Positions 50,442 to 59,445 of a stretch of DNA of 64,000 nt are shown piece after piece. The DNA is from Bacilli bacterium. Its GTDB lineage: Bacteria; Bacillota_I; Bacilli_A; RFN20; CAG-826. The translations under genes and the position numbers were made by a program. The stretch lies in NCBI GenBank assembly GCA_024408655.1, contig JAKSUV010000001.1:5544-69543 (forward strand), read 5' to 3'. The first letter of the stretch is position 1; every line of letters starts with the position of its first letter. The notes under the pieces are model-generated. The model was not told the DNA's origin, did not search any database, and saw only the letters and a program-made list of their open reading frames with translations.

Positions 50442-52283
50442 ATGAAAAAGCGTATTTTGGTTAGTGCTATATTCGCTCTAGTTGCAATTCCTTTATTGAC
50501 GAATTGCAGCAACAATCGGCGGGTCACTAATCCTTGGGTATATGAAGTAACTGATAATGGGATAAGGTCGTATGACGCGCTAACTTCTTATAACTTTTTT
50601 GATAACTCATCCATCCCTTATAAAAGTGTCTCACTCTTCGTCGAGGAGTTTCTTGATTTTTCAAGTCAACCAGAATACGGAATTGCTTCTATATCGGTTG
50701 AAACGGTTGGTCACCAATCAATCTTTACAAATACAACTACTAAGGTGACCGCCGTTATGGATTATGATACACAAACCATCACTTATAAAGATGTGACTAA
50801 ATACCTATGTGAGTCCAGTGATTCGAGGATACCACCTGGATGCGATATGGGAGGTAATCAATTTTTTAACCAACCAATATCAGAACGGGGCACCCCATCG
50901 GAATACACAATCAACCTAAAAAAATACAGCTTACGTGGTTATTTAGTTGATGGAGAAGGCTATTTGCCAGAAGCGGTGATGATGAACACATTAGCGCCTT
51001 ATCCATATTTAGGCATTATTTATAACGGCAAAGGCTGTTATTTAACGCCTGGTAGCGGTGCTAAAGAAGGTTTTTATCGGGCGATGAAAAGAATTGCTGA
51101 TGAAGCCGTGATTTTTGATGATGAATTTATGGAATATAATTACAATATTTTAGCTTTAATGCTAGATTTTCGATTTGGGTTAGCTGGTGGTACACGTGAG
51201 TGTCGTAACCCTAATTGCTATGAAGAAACACACACATTCTTTAAAAACGCCTACGATGTATTAAAGGAATATAAGAAAGACATATGTTCTAAGGAACCTA
51301 ATGTCTCGGCTGCCGCTATAACTGATTTTAAAATTAACGAATTAGATGATGGTGGTCATAGTTTTTATCGCGCCTCCAATGTATTTACATCCTCTTATAA
51401 TAAATCTCGCGAAATGTATACTCGTGAAAAAACCGGCGCTTCCACTAAACGCGATAAAGGATTAGATGAATATTCGCTTACGCTCGCCACGTTGAATAAT
51501 CTTGAAGCGGCCAGAGCGGATACCGACTATAATCCAACTAAAATGACTGGTGATGAGAATGCTGATGCCGCATTTGCCATTTATCCTAATGAAGCAGAAA
51601 CAAAACATGTTGCTTATATTACTTTCGATAGTTTTACTGCTGCGGAAAGCGCAGGTACAGCAGATCCTGATGACATTACTGATGCAAATTATTATCAAAA
51701 TATGGTCTCACTCATTTATTATGCTAATAAAAAAATTCAAGAAGATGATGAAATACACGATATATTAATCAATTTATCATGTAACGGTGGAGGGGCGGTT
51801 TACGTAGGCGAATTTATTACTTCCTGGCTATGCGAATCTTCTACATTAACCTTATATAATCGTCTTGATAAATCGAGACGAACGTCCACAAGAAAAGCAG
51901 ATGTCAATCTAAATGGTCATATTGATGCGGAAGATTACTTAAATAACGGCAAAGATGATCAAGATAAATATAATGTCTATTTTATAATCTCAAACGGTTC
52001 TTTCTCTTGTGGCAACTTATTGCCGTGCCTAATGAAGGATTATTACCCAGAAGATAAACTTCATTTTATTGGAACACGCACTGGCGGTGGTTGTTGCGCG
52101 GTCGATAGCGGTAATTTCGATGCCATTGGCGATAATTTCACTTTATCGAGTTTATATACTTTATGTTGGAAGGATAGCAATGAAACGGTTGAAGACGGTG
52201 TTTTTGCCGACGAGGAATTTAAATTAGACGAGCCTGCTGAGTTCTTTGATATACCAACGATTATTGAGAAAATAACAGCCTAA
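50442..52283 (+). CDS. Lipoprotein, S41-family (C-terminal processing/tricorn-core-like) peptidase domain
   Basis: Lipobox LLTNC. ILINLSCNGGGAVYVGEF resembles the S41 xDLRxNGGG motif. 613 aa from the ATG. Confidence 0.55.
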   Translation: MKKRILVSAIFALVAIPLLTNCSNNRRVTNPWVYEVTDNGIRSYDALTSYNFFDNSSIPYKSVSLFVEEFLDFSSQPEYGIASISVETVGHQSIFTNTTTKVTAVMDYDTQTITYKDVTKYLCESSDSRIPPGCDMGGNQFFNQPISERGTPSEYTINLKKYSLRGYLVDGEGYLPEAVMMNTLAPYPYLGIIYNGKGCYLTPGSGAKEGFYRAMKRIADEAVIFDDEFMEYNYNILALMLDFRFGLAGGTRECRNPNCYEETHTFFKNAYDVLKEYKKDICSKEPNVSAAAITDFKINELDDGGHSFYRASNVFTSSYNKSREMYTREKTGASTKRDKGLDEYSLTLATLNNLEAARADTDYNPTKMTGDENADAAFAIYPNEAETKHVAYITFDSFTAAESAGTADPDDITDANYYQNMVSLIYYANKKIQEDDEIHDILINLSCNGGGAVYVGEFITSWLCESSTLTLYNRLDKSRRTSTRKADVNLNGHIDAEDYLNNGKDDQDKYNVYFIISNGSFSCGNLLPCLMKDYYPEDKLHFIGTRTGGGCCAVDSGNFDAIGDNFTLSSLYTLCWKDSNETVEDGVFADEEFKLDEPAEFFDIPTIIEKITA

Positions 52284-52370
52284 TAAGATTAAAAAACCGC
52301 TTTCATACAAAATCAGTTTTTTATTCTTTGAATAAAGAATATAATAAAACTACTGCTAAGGAGTGTTTCT

Positions 52371-53348
52371 ATGAAACGAAGAGTGAAGATTATTAGTTTA
52401 ACCGCTAACTTAGAATTAGCGAAAAGTATTTCCCGTCGTTTAAATGTACCAATTCTTGATACAAAAGTGTCACATTTCGCTGACGGGGAGATTCTCTTCG
52501 AATGTAATGAAACCTTCCGGGGCGATGATGTCTATATTATTCAATCAACTTGCTGCCCAGTCACTGAGCGCTTAATGGAACTCCTAATTTGTATTGATGC
52601 GCTAAAAAGAGCTAGTGCGAAAAGCGTAAACGTTGTTATTCCTTACTTTGGTTATGCCCGACAAGAAAGAAAAGCAAAACCACGGCAACCAATTACCGCT
52701 AAGTTAGTGGCAAACTTAATTATGACCGCGGGTGCAGACCGGGTCATTTGTATGGATCTTCACGCTGCCGCTATTCAAGGTTTCTTTGATATTCCAGTGG
52801 ATGATATTAGTGCGATTAACATCTTCTCTTCTTATTTTGAGAAAATGAAACTTAAGAAAATTGCTTGTGTCTCGCCTGACCATGGTGGTGTGTTAAGAGC
52901 ATCGCGTTTAGCGGAAAAACTAAATGCTTCACTAGTCATTATCGATAAGCGGCGGACTAGACCTAATGTCTCGGAAATTGTCGCTATCGTTGGTAATGTT
53001 CGTGGCAAGAACTGCATTATTGTGGATGATATCGCGGATACCGCTGGTACCTTATGCCACGCGGCGGATAAATTAAAAGAATTAGGGGCAAAGAAAGTCT
53101 TCGCGGTTATTACCCACGGTATCCTTTCGGGCAATGCGATTAATAATATTAATAACTCTGGTTTAGACCAAATGGTGATCACTGATACCATTCCATTATC
53201 AAAAGAGAAAGCACAAGCGTGCAAGAAGATTAAAGTCTTATCTGTGGCCACCTTACTTTCGGATGTCATTAAGGCTATTAGTGAAGGCACAAGCTTATCC
53301 TTTACCCTTCATGATTTCTCCCGCACTGTTCGCGGCAAAAAGAACTAA
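52371..53348 (+). CDS. prs: Ribose-phosphate pyrophosphokinase
   Basis: FADGEI, YFGYARQERK and the PRPP loop IIVDDIADTAGT. Confidence 0.95.
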   Translation: MKRRVKIISLTANLELAKSISRRLNVPILDTKVSHFADGEILFECNETFRGDDVYIIQSTCCPVTERLMELLICIDALKRASAKSVNVVIPYFGYARQERKAKPRQPITAKLVANLIMTAGADRVICMDLHAAAIQGFFDIPVDDISAINIFSSYFEKMKLKKIACVSPDHGGVLRASRLAEKLNASLVIIDKRRTRPNVSEIVAIVGNVRGKNCIIVDDIADTAGTLCHAADKLKELGAKKVFAVITHGILSGNAINNINNSGLDQMVITDTIPLSKEKAQACKKIKVLSVATLLSDVIKAISEGTSLSFTLHDFSRTVRGKKN

Positions 53349-53505
53349 TGATCGATTTTAATAGTAATATCGCGTAGCGGATTTTTTAAGACTATGCTAT
53401 AGTACTTGCTAAGTAAGGAGGATTCTTACGGAAACTAACTTACTAGCATTACTAAAAAAGAGTAAAGCGATACCCCCCCTAAAAGAGAAAGCGGGGCTTT
53501 TTGTC

Positions 53506-56500
53506 GTGGATGATACTTTAGGTACCGCCTTACTAATTGCGACCTATTTTAGTAGCTATCACGAGAATATCTTGCTCTTAGCAAGTAATCTATATAACGC
53601 TCAACGCTTACATAGTCTTTTATCTTCTTTAGTTAGTAGTGAAGAAGTAATCCTATATCCAAGTGATGAATTATTTCGTGCGGAAAATCTTGCGAGTAGT
53701 AAAGAACTTTTAGCCCAACGCCTTTTTGCTTTATCTAATATCGCTATGCCGAATAAAAAAATTGTCATTGCTCATCCTAGTAGTGTGCTTCGTTATCTAC
53801 CATCACCTGACTTGTTTAAATCTTTGACTATTAAGCTAAAAGTCGGGGAGAAGATTGATGTCGAACATCTTATTTATTTATTAACGCGCAGCGGTTATCT
53901 CCGCGTTAATAAAATTGATCGTTCATTAGAATTCGCGAAACGGGGTGACATTCTTGATATCTATTCGATTAATTATGAAATACCGATTCGAATATCGCTA
54001 TTTGATAACGAAATCGAGTCACTCGCTTTCTTTAATGTTGGGACACAAGAAAGCCAAACAAAGGTCAAAGAAGTCACTATTATCCCAGCGAGTGACATCT
54101 TATTTAGCGAAGAAGAACGAAGCGCGATTAAAGAAAAATTAGAAGCGCGTCTTCAAGAGGATAGTAAGCATAATCAACAAGATTTATTAACTGACAAAAT
54201 CCATGAAGATATCGAACGTTTAGAGCATTTTACTTACGCGGAAAATCTTTATAAATATTATGGTTATTTACAAAATCATCACTATTCATTCTTTGATTAT
54301 TTTAAGGCGGATTTAATCTTCTTTTCTTCTAGTGAACAATTCCGCACTAACGCTGATTTACTTAATAAAGAAGCAATGGATTATCTTAATGAACTAGTGA
54401 TGAAAGGATTAGGTCTAACTCATTTAGAACTCTTCCAAAAAATTGAACGCGTACTACCAAAACAACACGTTATTCACACTAAAAAGTATCAGGAGCATCG
54501 TAGTGACATTGTTTTTAATGTTCGTCCGATTGTGAGTGAAGGGACAAGCGTGAATAGTGTGATGAGTACAATCACTTCATATTTAAAAACTAACCAAAAA
54601 GTTATTATCGCGTTAAGCAATTTAGCGCAGAAAGAAAATATTGAAAGTCTTTTAACTGACGCACACATTACCTACGAAGAAACGGATGATTTAAATTTAC
54701 CCAAAGGTCAAGTGGGGATTACTATCTTTTCTTTATATGAAGGCTTTGAAATTTGCGATGAGCAAATTGCCGTCTTAACCGCGCGAGAACTATTTAATTA
54801 TCGGGCGAGTAACGCCCGCTTTATGGCGCGCTTTAAAGAAGCCCAAATCCTTCATTCTTACGAAGATTTAAAGCCAGGCGATTATGTTGTTCACGAATAT
54901 AACGGGATTGGTAAATTTATTGATGTCGAAACTTTATTAGTCGATGGTGTTCACCGTGATTTTCTGCATCTAGAATACCAGGGCGGCGATAAGTTATATG
55001 TCCCGTTAAATCAATTCCGTTTAGTCAGAAAATACGCTGGTCGCGAAGGGGTTGTACCGAAGTTATCAAGTCTTAATAGTAAGACATGGAGTAAGACCAA
55101 GGAAAAGATTCGTGAACGAATTAACGAATTAACTGAACGCCTTACTTCTTTATACCAAGCCCGGGCGAAAATCGCTGGTTACGCTTTCCCCAAAGATGAT
55201 GAATACCAAGAAAAATTTAACCAGGAGTTCGCTCACCAATTAACCGATGATCAAGCACAAGCGTATCGCGAAATTCGTGACGATATGGAAAAGAGTTATC
55301 CAATGGATCGACTATTATGCGGTGACGTTGGGTTTGGAAAAACGGAGGTTGCGTTCCGCGCAATCTTTAAATGTATTAACGCTGGTAAACAAGCGGCGCT
55401 CCTTTGCCCAACCACTCTCCTTTGCCGCCAACACTATGAACTAGCGAAGACTCGTTTTATGAGTTTTGGTATTCGTATCGCGGTCTTCTCTAGACTTATT
55501 CCAATGCGCGAACAACGACAATATATCAAAGATATTCAAGAAGGAAAAATCCATCTAGTCATTGGTACCCATCGTCTTTTAAGTAAGGATATTACCTTTA
55601 ATAACTTAGGTTTATTGGTGGTGGATGAAGAACAACGTTTTGGGGTTGAGCAAAAAGAACGCATTAAAGAAATTAAACAGGATGTTGACGTTTTAAGCTT
55701 AAGCGCCACTCCGATTCCTCGAACCTTACAAATGTCATTAGTGGGGGTACGTCAACTAAGTCAAATTAATACCGCTCCAAGCAGCCGTACGGCGATTCAA
55801 ACTTACGTTACACCACAAAATGATGGAGTGATTAAAGAACTCATTGAACGCGAATTATCGCGTGATGGTCAAGTGTTCTATGTTCATAATAATGTTTATT
55901 CTATTCATACAACTGCGGCGCATTTAAAACAAATGGTGCCACTAGCCAATATTGGTGTCGTGCATGGACAAATGAGCCGCGAAGAGATTGAAGATGTGAT
56001 GCTTCATTTCTACGCGGGCGATATTAATTTATTAGTTGCGACTTCGATTATTGAAAACGGCTTAGATGTTCCGAACGCTAACTTAATGATTGTCGAAAAC
56101 GCTGATTTATTTGGTCTTTCGCAGTTATACCAAATTAAAGGACGTGTCGGACGGGGCGACCGAATTGCTTATGCATATTTACTTTATAACGAGCGCAAAG
56201 TGATGAACGAAGATGCGAGTAAACGGCTACGCGCGATTCAAGAATTTGCGGAATTAGGAAGTGGTTATAAAATTGCCCAACGCGATTTAATGATTCGTGG
56301 TGCGGGTGACATGTTAGGGCGTGAACAAGCCGGTTTTATTGATAGCATTGGCATTGATTTATACATTAAATTATTAAACGAAGCGGCGCATAAAGAAGAC
56401 GCAACATTAATCACTGATCACGCGCCGACTCGCTTATTTTCTCTTGATGCCTATATCCCCAATGAATATATGAATAAAGGTGAAAAAGTCGGTGTTTATC

Positions 56501-56877
56501 AAGAGATTGAAAACGCGCGTAATCTAACCGAAGTTAATAAGATTAAGAAGAAGCTGCGTGATATTTATGGACGAATTCCTTATGAAGTGAATAACCTCAT
56601 CTTGAAACGGAAGATTGATTTAATCACTGCGTCCGAAGAATTTAAAAGCGTTCGCGAGGCAAGCGATAAAATCATTATGGTTCTTTCTAGTAGCTTCTGC
56701 GCCAAAAACGGCATCGCGATTAAATTGTTCGATATCTTATACGATTATATGGATCGCTTAAAAATTTCCTATATTAAAAAGGAACTCAAAGTGGAATTAG
56801 CGAAGGAAGGGTTATGGCTAAATGCACTTGAGGCTATCACTCAACATATTCATAAGCTATACTTAAGTGAACGGTAA
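53506..56877 (+). CDS. mfd: Transcription-repair coupling factor Mfd (true start probably upstream, see findings)
   Basis: RNAP-interaction domain GDYVVHEYNGIGKF, helicase motifs GDVGFGKTEVA and VVDEEQRFG, and TRG motif QIKGRVGR. The reading frame stays open back to 53413. Confidence 0.93.
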   Translation: MDDTLGTALLIATYFSSYHENILLLASNLYNAQRLHSLLSSLVSSEEVILYPSDELFRAENLASSKELLAQRLFALSNIAMPNKKIVIAHPSSVLRYLPSPDLFKSLTIKLKVGEKIDVEHLIYLLTRSGYLRVNKIDRSLEFAKRGDILDIYSINYEIPIRISLFDNEIESLAFFNVGTQESQTKVKEVTIIPASDILFSEEERSAIKEKLEARLQEDSKHNQQDLLTDKIHEDIERLEHFTYAENLYKYYGYLQNHHYSFFDYFKADLIFFSSSEQFRTNADLLNKEAMDYLNELVMKGLGLTHLELFQKIERVLPKQHVIHTKKYQEHRSDIVFNVRPIVSEGTSVNSVMSTITSYLKTNQKVIIALSNLAQKENIESLLTDAHITYEETDDLNLPKGQVGITIFSLYEGFEICDEQIAVLTARELFNYRASNARFMARFKEAQILHSYEDLKPGDYVVHEYNGIGKFIDVETLLVDGVHRDFLHLEYQGGDKLYVPLNQFRLVRKYAGREGVVPKLSSLNSKTWSKTKEKIRERINELTERLTSLYQARAKIAGYAFPKDDEYQEKFNQEFAHQLTDDQAQAYREIRDDMEKSYPMDRLLCGDVGFGKTEVAFRAIFKCINAGKQAALLCPTTLLCRQHYELAKTRFMSFGIRIAVFSRLIPMREQRQYIKDIQEGKIHLVIGTHRLLSKDITFNNLGLLVVDEEQRFGVEQKERIKEIKQDVDVLSLSATPIPRTLQMSLVGVRQLSQINTAPSSRTAIQTYVTPQNDGVIKELIERELSRDGQVFYVHNNVYSIHTTAAHLKQMVPLANIGVVHGQMSREEIEDVMLHFYAGDINLLVATSIIENGLDVPNANLMIVENADLFGLSQLYQIKGRVGRGDRIAYAYLLYNERKVMNEDASKRLRAIQEFAELGSGYKIAQRDLMIRGAGDMLGREQAGFIDSIGIDLYIKLLNEAAHKEDATLITDHAPTRLFSLDAYIPNEYMNKGEKVGVYQEIENARNLTEVNKIKKKLRDIYGRIPYEVNNLILKRKIDLITASEEFKSVREASDKIIMVLSSSFCAKNGIAIKLFDILYDYMDRLKISYIKKELKVELAKEGLWLNALEAITQHIHKLYLSER

Positions 56878-56878
56878 T

Positions 56879-57142
56879 ATGCGGTTAGATAAATATTTGA
56901 AATTAACTCGGCTAGTGAAGCGGAGGGGAGTCGCCAAAGTTTTAATTAACGAAGGCTCTATTCGCGTAAACGAAAAGATGGTTAAACCTGCTTATGAAGT
57001 GAAACCAAGCGATCAAATCAATTTAAAACTGGGCCGGCGGATTTTAACTATTAAAATTAATGTAGTTAAAGAGGTGTATGGTAAGGAAAATGCCACCTCA
57101 CTATATACAATCATCAAAGATGAACTAACTACATTGGAATAA
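56879..57142 (+). CDS. rqcP: S4-domain protein YabO/RqcP (Hsp15-like)
   Basis: MRLDKYLKLTRLVKRRGVAKVLINEGSIRVN is an S4 motif. 87 aa. It lies downstream of mfd, as in Bacillus. Confidence 0.7.
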   Translation: MRLDKYLKLTRLVKRRGVAKVLINEGSIRVNEKMVKPAYEVKPSDQINLKLGRRILTIKINVVKEVYGKENATSLYTIIKDELTTLE

Positions 57143-57268
57143 ATAATTAAAATGTAGTTAAAAATTAACGTGAAATAATTTTCTCCTTAATTTTCTTTAA
57201 AAAGAAAAAATATTTAGGGTGAAGAAAATAATGATATACTATCATTACCACATTTGAGGAGATTTTTT

Positions 57269-58177
57269 ATGCCGAGAAACGTGATTAAAGTGAAAAATCC
57301 ATTTGGGGATACTCTCTATGGATACGCCTGGACTTGTAATAAACCAAAAGCCAATGTTTTGATTTTTACTGGAATGCAAGAAACCGCGATCCGTTATGAT
57401 GATTTCGCCAATTATTTAAACTCGCAACATTACGATGTCTATTGCTTAGACCACTATGGTCAAGGCTTAAACATTAACAAGGGCGAGAACTATGGTATCT
57501 GGCCCGCGAGTGGTTTCTCTAAGATGGTACAAAGCTTTGGTGAATTAGCGAACCAATTAAGTGCGACTGGCTTAGATAACTATGTCTTTGGTCACTCAAT
57601 GGGTTCCTTCATGGTGCAAGAATATATTCAACGTTATAACCGTTATGTTGGTAAAGCCATCATCTGCGGTAGCGATTGCGCAAATCCAGTTTTAATGGGT
57701 TGTGCTTATCGCTTTGCTCGGATTATTACCCCCAAGTGGCGGTATGATTTTACGAGCAAATTTTTAGCCGGTCTAGTGACTGGTCCATTTGCCAAAGCGG
57801 TGCCAAACCGTCGGACCGACTTTGACTGGTTAAGCTATAACAAAGCGAATGTTGATAAATATATCGCTGATCCTTTATGTGGTTTTACAGCAACCGCTGG
57901 ATTCTACACTGAGTTTTTAAAAGGGATGCGCCGGATTGGTCGGAAAAAATTCTTAAGAAAAGTCCATAAGACGATTCACTTACTCATTATCGCTGGAGCG
58001 GAAGATCCAGTTGGTCATATGGGTAAAGGTCCAACTAAGCTAGCAAATACTTATAAAGAATTCGGCATCCGCGATGTGAATTTAAAGATTTATCCAAAGA
58101 TGCGTCACGAAATCTTAAACGAAGATAACCATCTCCAAGTTTATAAAGATGTGGTGGAGTTCTTGAACAAAAAATAA
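57269..58177 (+). CDS. Alpha/beta hydrolase (lysophospholipase/monoacylglycerol-lipase-like)
   Basis: Nucleophile elbow GHSMGS and a C-terminal MRHEILNE (His). The start is set at the ATG behind GAGGAG. Confidence 0.75.
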   Translation: MPRNVIKVKNPFGDTLYGYAWTCNKPKANVLIFTGMQETAIRYDDFANYLNSQHYDVYCLDHYGQGLNINKGENYGIWPASGFSKMVQSFGELANQLSATGLDNYVFGHSMGSFMVQEYIQRYNRYVGKAIICGSDCANPVLMGCAYRFARIITPKWRYDFTSKFLAGLVTGPFAKAVPNRRTDFDWLSYNKANVDKYIADPLCGFTATAGFYTEFLKGMRRIGRKKFLRKVHKTIHLLIIAGAEDPVGHMGKGPTKLANTYKEFGIRDVNLKIYPKMRHEILNEDNHLQVYKDVVEFLNKK

Positions 58178-59445
58178 TGGAAATCACTTATCAATTCTCA
58201 CCGAAAAAACGCTATCTCTTAGCGTGCTCATTTGGCCCCGACTCGATGGCGCTTTTTGACATGCTCTACCAAGCGAAGTGTCACTTTACGGTGTGCTTTG
58301 TTAATTACCATAAACGAAAAGAAGCGGATGAAGAACAAAAAGCGATTACCGCGTATTGTAAGAAACTCCATGTCCCACTAGAAATCCTTGATACGAATCG
58401 CTTAAAAGTAGTGGGTAATTTCCAAGAATGGGCGCGTGAAGTTCGTTATGATTTCTTTTCTAAAGTTTATAAGAAGATTAATGCCTCAGCCGTCTTTGTT
58501 GCTCACCAACAAGATGATTTAATCGAAACTTATCTAATGCAAAAAATGCGGAAGGGCCATGTAAAAGAATATGGCTTAAACGAAATTTCCGTTTTGCGTG
58601 ACATGATTGTGGTGCGGCCACTTCTTATGTACACCAAAGAAGATCTACTCAACTATTGCCGTGAACATCAAGTGCCTTATTCCATTGATATGTCTAACTT
58701 TGAAACGAAGTATCTGCGTAACCGGATTCGGAAAAACGTTATCGCCCATTTAAGCGAAATTGACCGCGAGAATATCTTGCGCGAAATTCGTGATCTTAAC
58801 ATGGAGCAAGCCGACTTCGTACGGAACGTCGAAAAGAAAATTACCATTGCGAAAGAACTCGAAATCCGGGAGCTCATTGCATTAGAGCAAGACGAATTTG
58901 CGGAAGTTTTAATCGAATTTATCCATACTGCACCACGGCATGTAGACCTCTCCGCAGGGCGGATTAAAGAGATCCGTAAGCTTTGCTTATCTTCGACACC
59001 TAATATTACTATGCCACTAGGCAAAGGCATTAATTTAGTGAAGGAATACGATATCCTCACTTTAGGGGTCGACGAAGAGAATAAATTCAAATCTTATTGC
59101 TATATTCTTAAAAAACCGGGTAAACTAAATACCCCGGAATTTGACTTAGATTTTTCGCGCGGCGCTCCCGAACGGAAAATTTATGACCGGCATTATCCGA
59201 TTACAATTCGTTCACCACGACCCGATGATCAAGTCGAGATTGGTCATCACATCTGTGAGCTAAGACGAGTCTTCATTGATTGGAAGGTGCCCACTAAGTA
59301 CCGGAGTGTCTGGCCGGTGTTCTGTGATAAGAACGGGAAAGTCATCTATGTCCCACGTTACCGCAAAACATTTGTCGATAACCATCAATCCAAATTTGTG
59401 ATTAAATTTACAAATACAAAGGAGATCAAAAATGGAAGAAAATAA
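58177..59445 (+). CDS. tilS: tRNA(Ile)-lysidine synthase
   Basis: PP-loop region LLACSFGPDSMALFD, VAHQQDDLIETYLM and a C-terminal TilS substrate-binding domain. It lies upstream of ftsH, as in Bacillus. Confidence 0.85.
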   Translation: MEITYQFSPKKRYLLACSFGPDSMALFDMLYQAKCHFTVCFVNYHKRKEADEEQKAITAYCKKLHVPLEILDTNRLKVVGNFQEWAREVRYDFFSKVYKKINASAVFVAHQQDDLIETYLMQKMRKGHVKEYGLNEISVLRDMIVVRPLLMYTKEDLLNYCREHQVPYSIDMSNFETKYLRNRIRKNVIAHLSEIDRENILREIRDLNMEQADFVRNVEKKITIAKELEIRELIALEQDEFAEVLIEFIHTAPRHVDLSAGRIKEIRKLCLSSTPNITMPLGKGINLVKEYDILTLGVDEENKFKSYCYILKKPGKLNTPEFDLDFSRGAPERKIYDRHYPITIRSPRPDDQVEIGHHICELRRVFIDWKVPTKYRSVWPVFCDKNGKVIYVPRYRKTFVDNHQSKFVIKFTNTKEIKNGRK

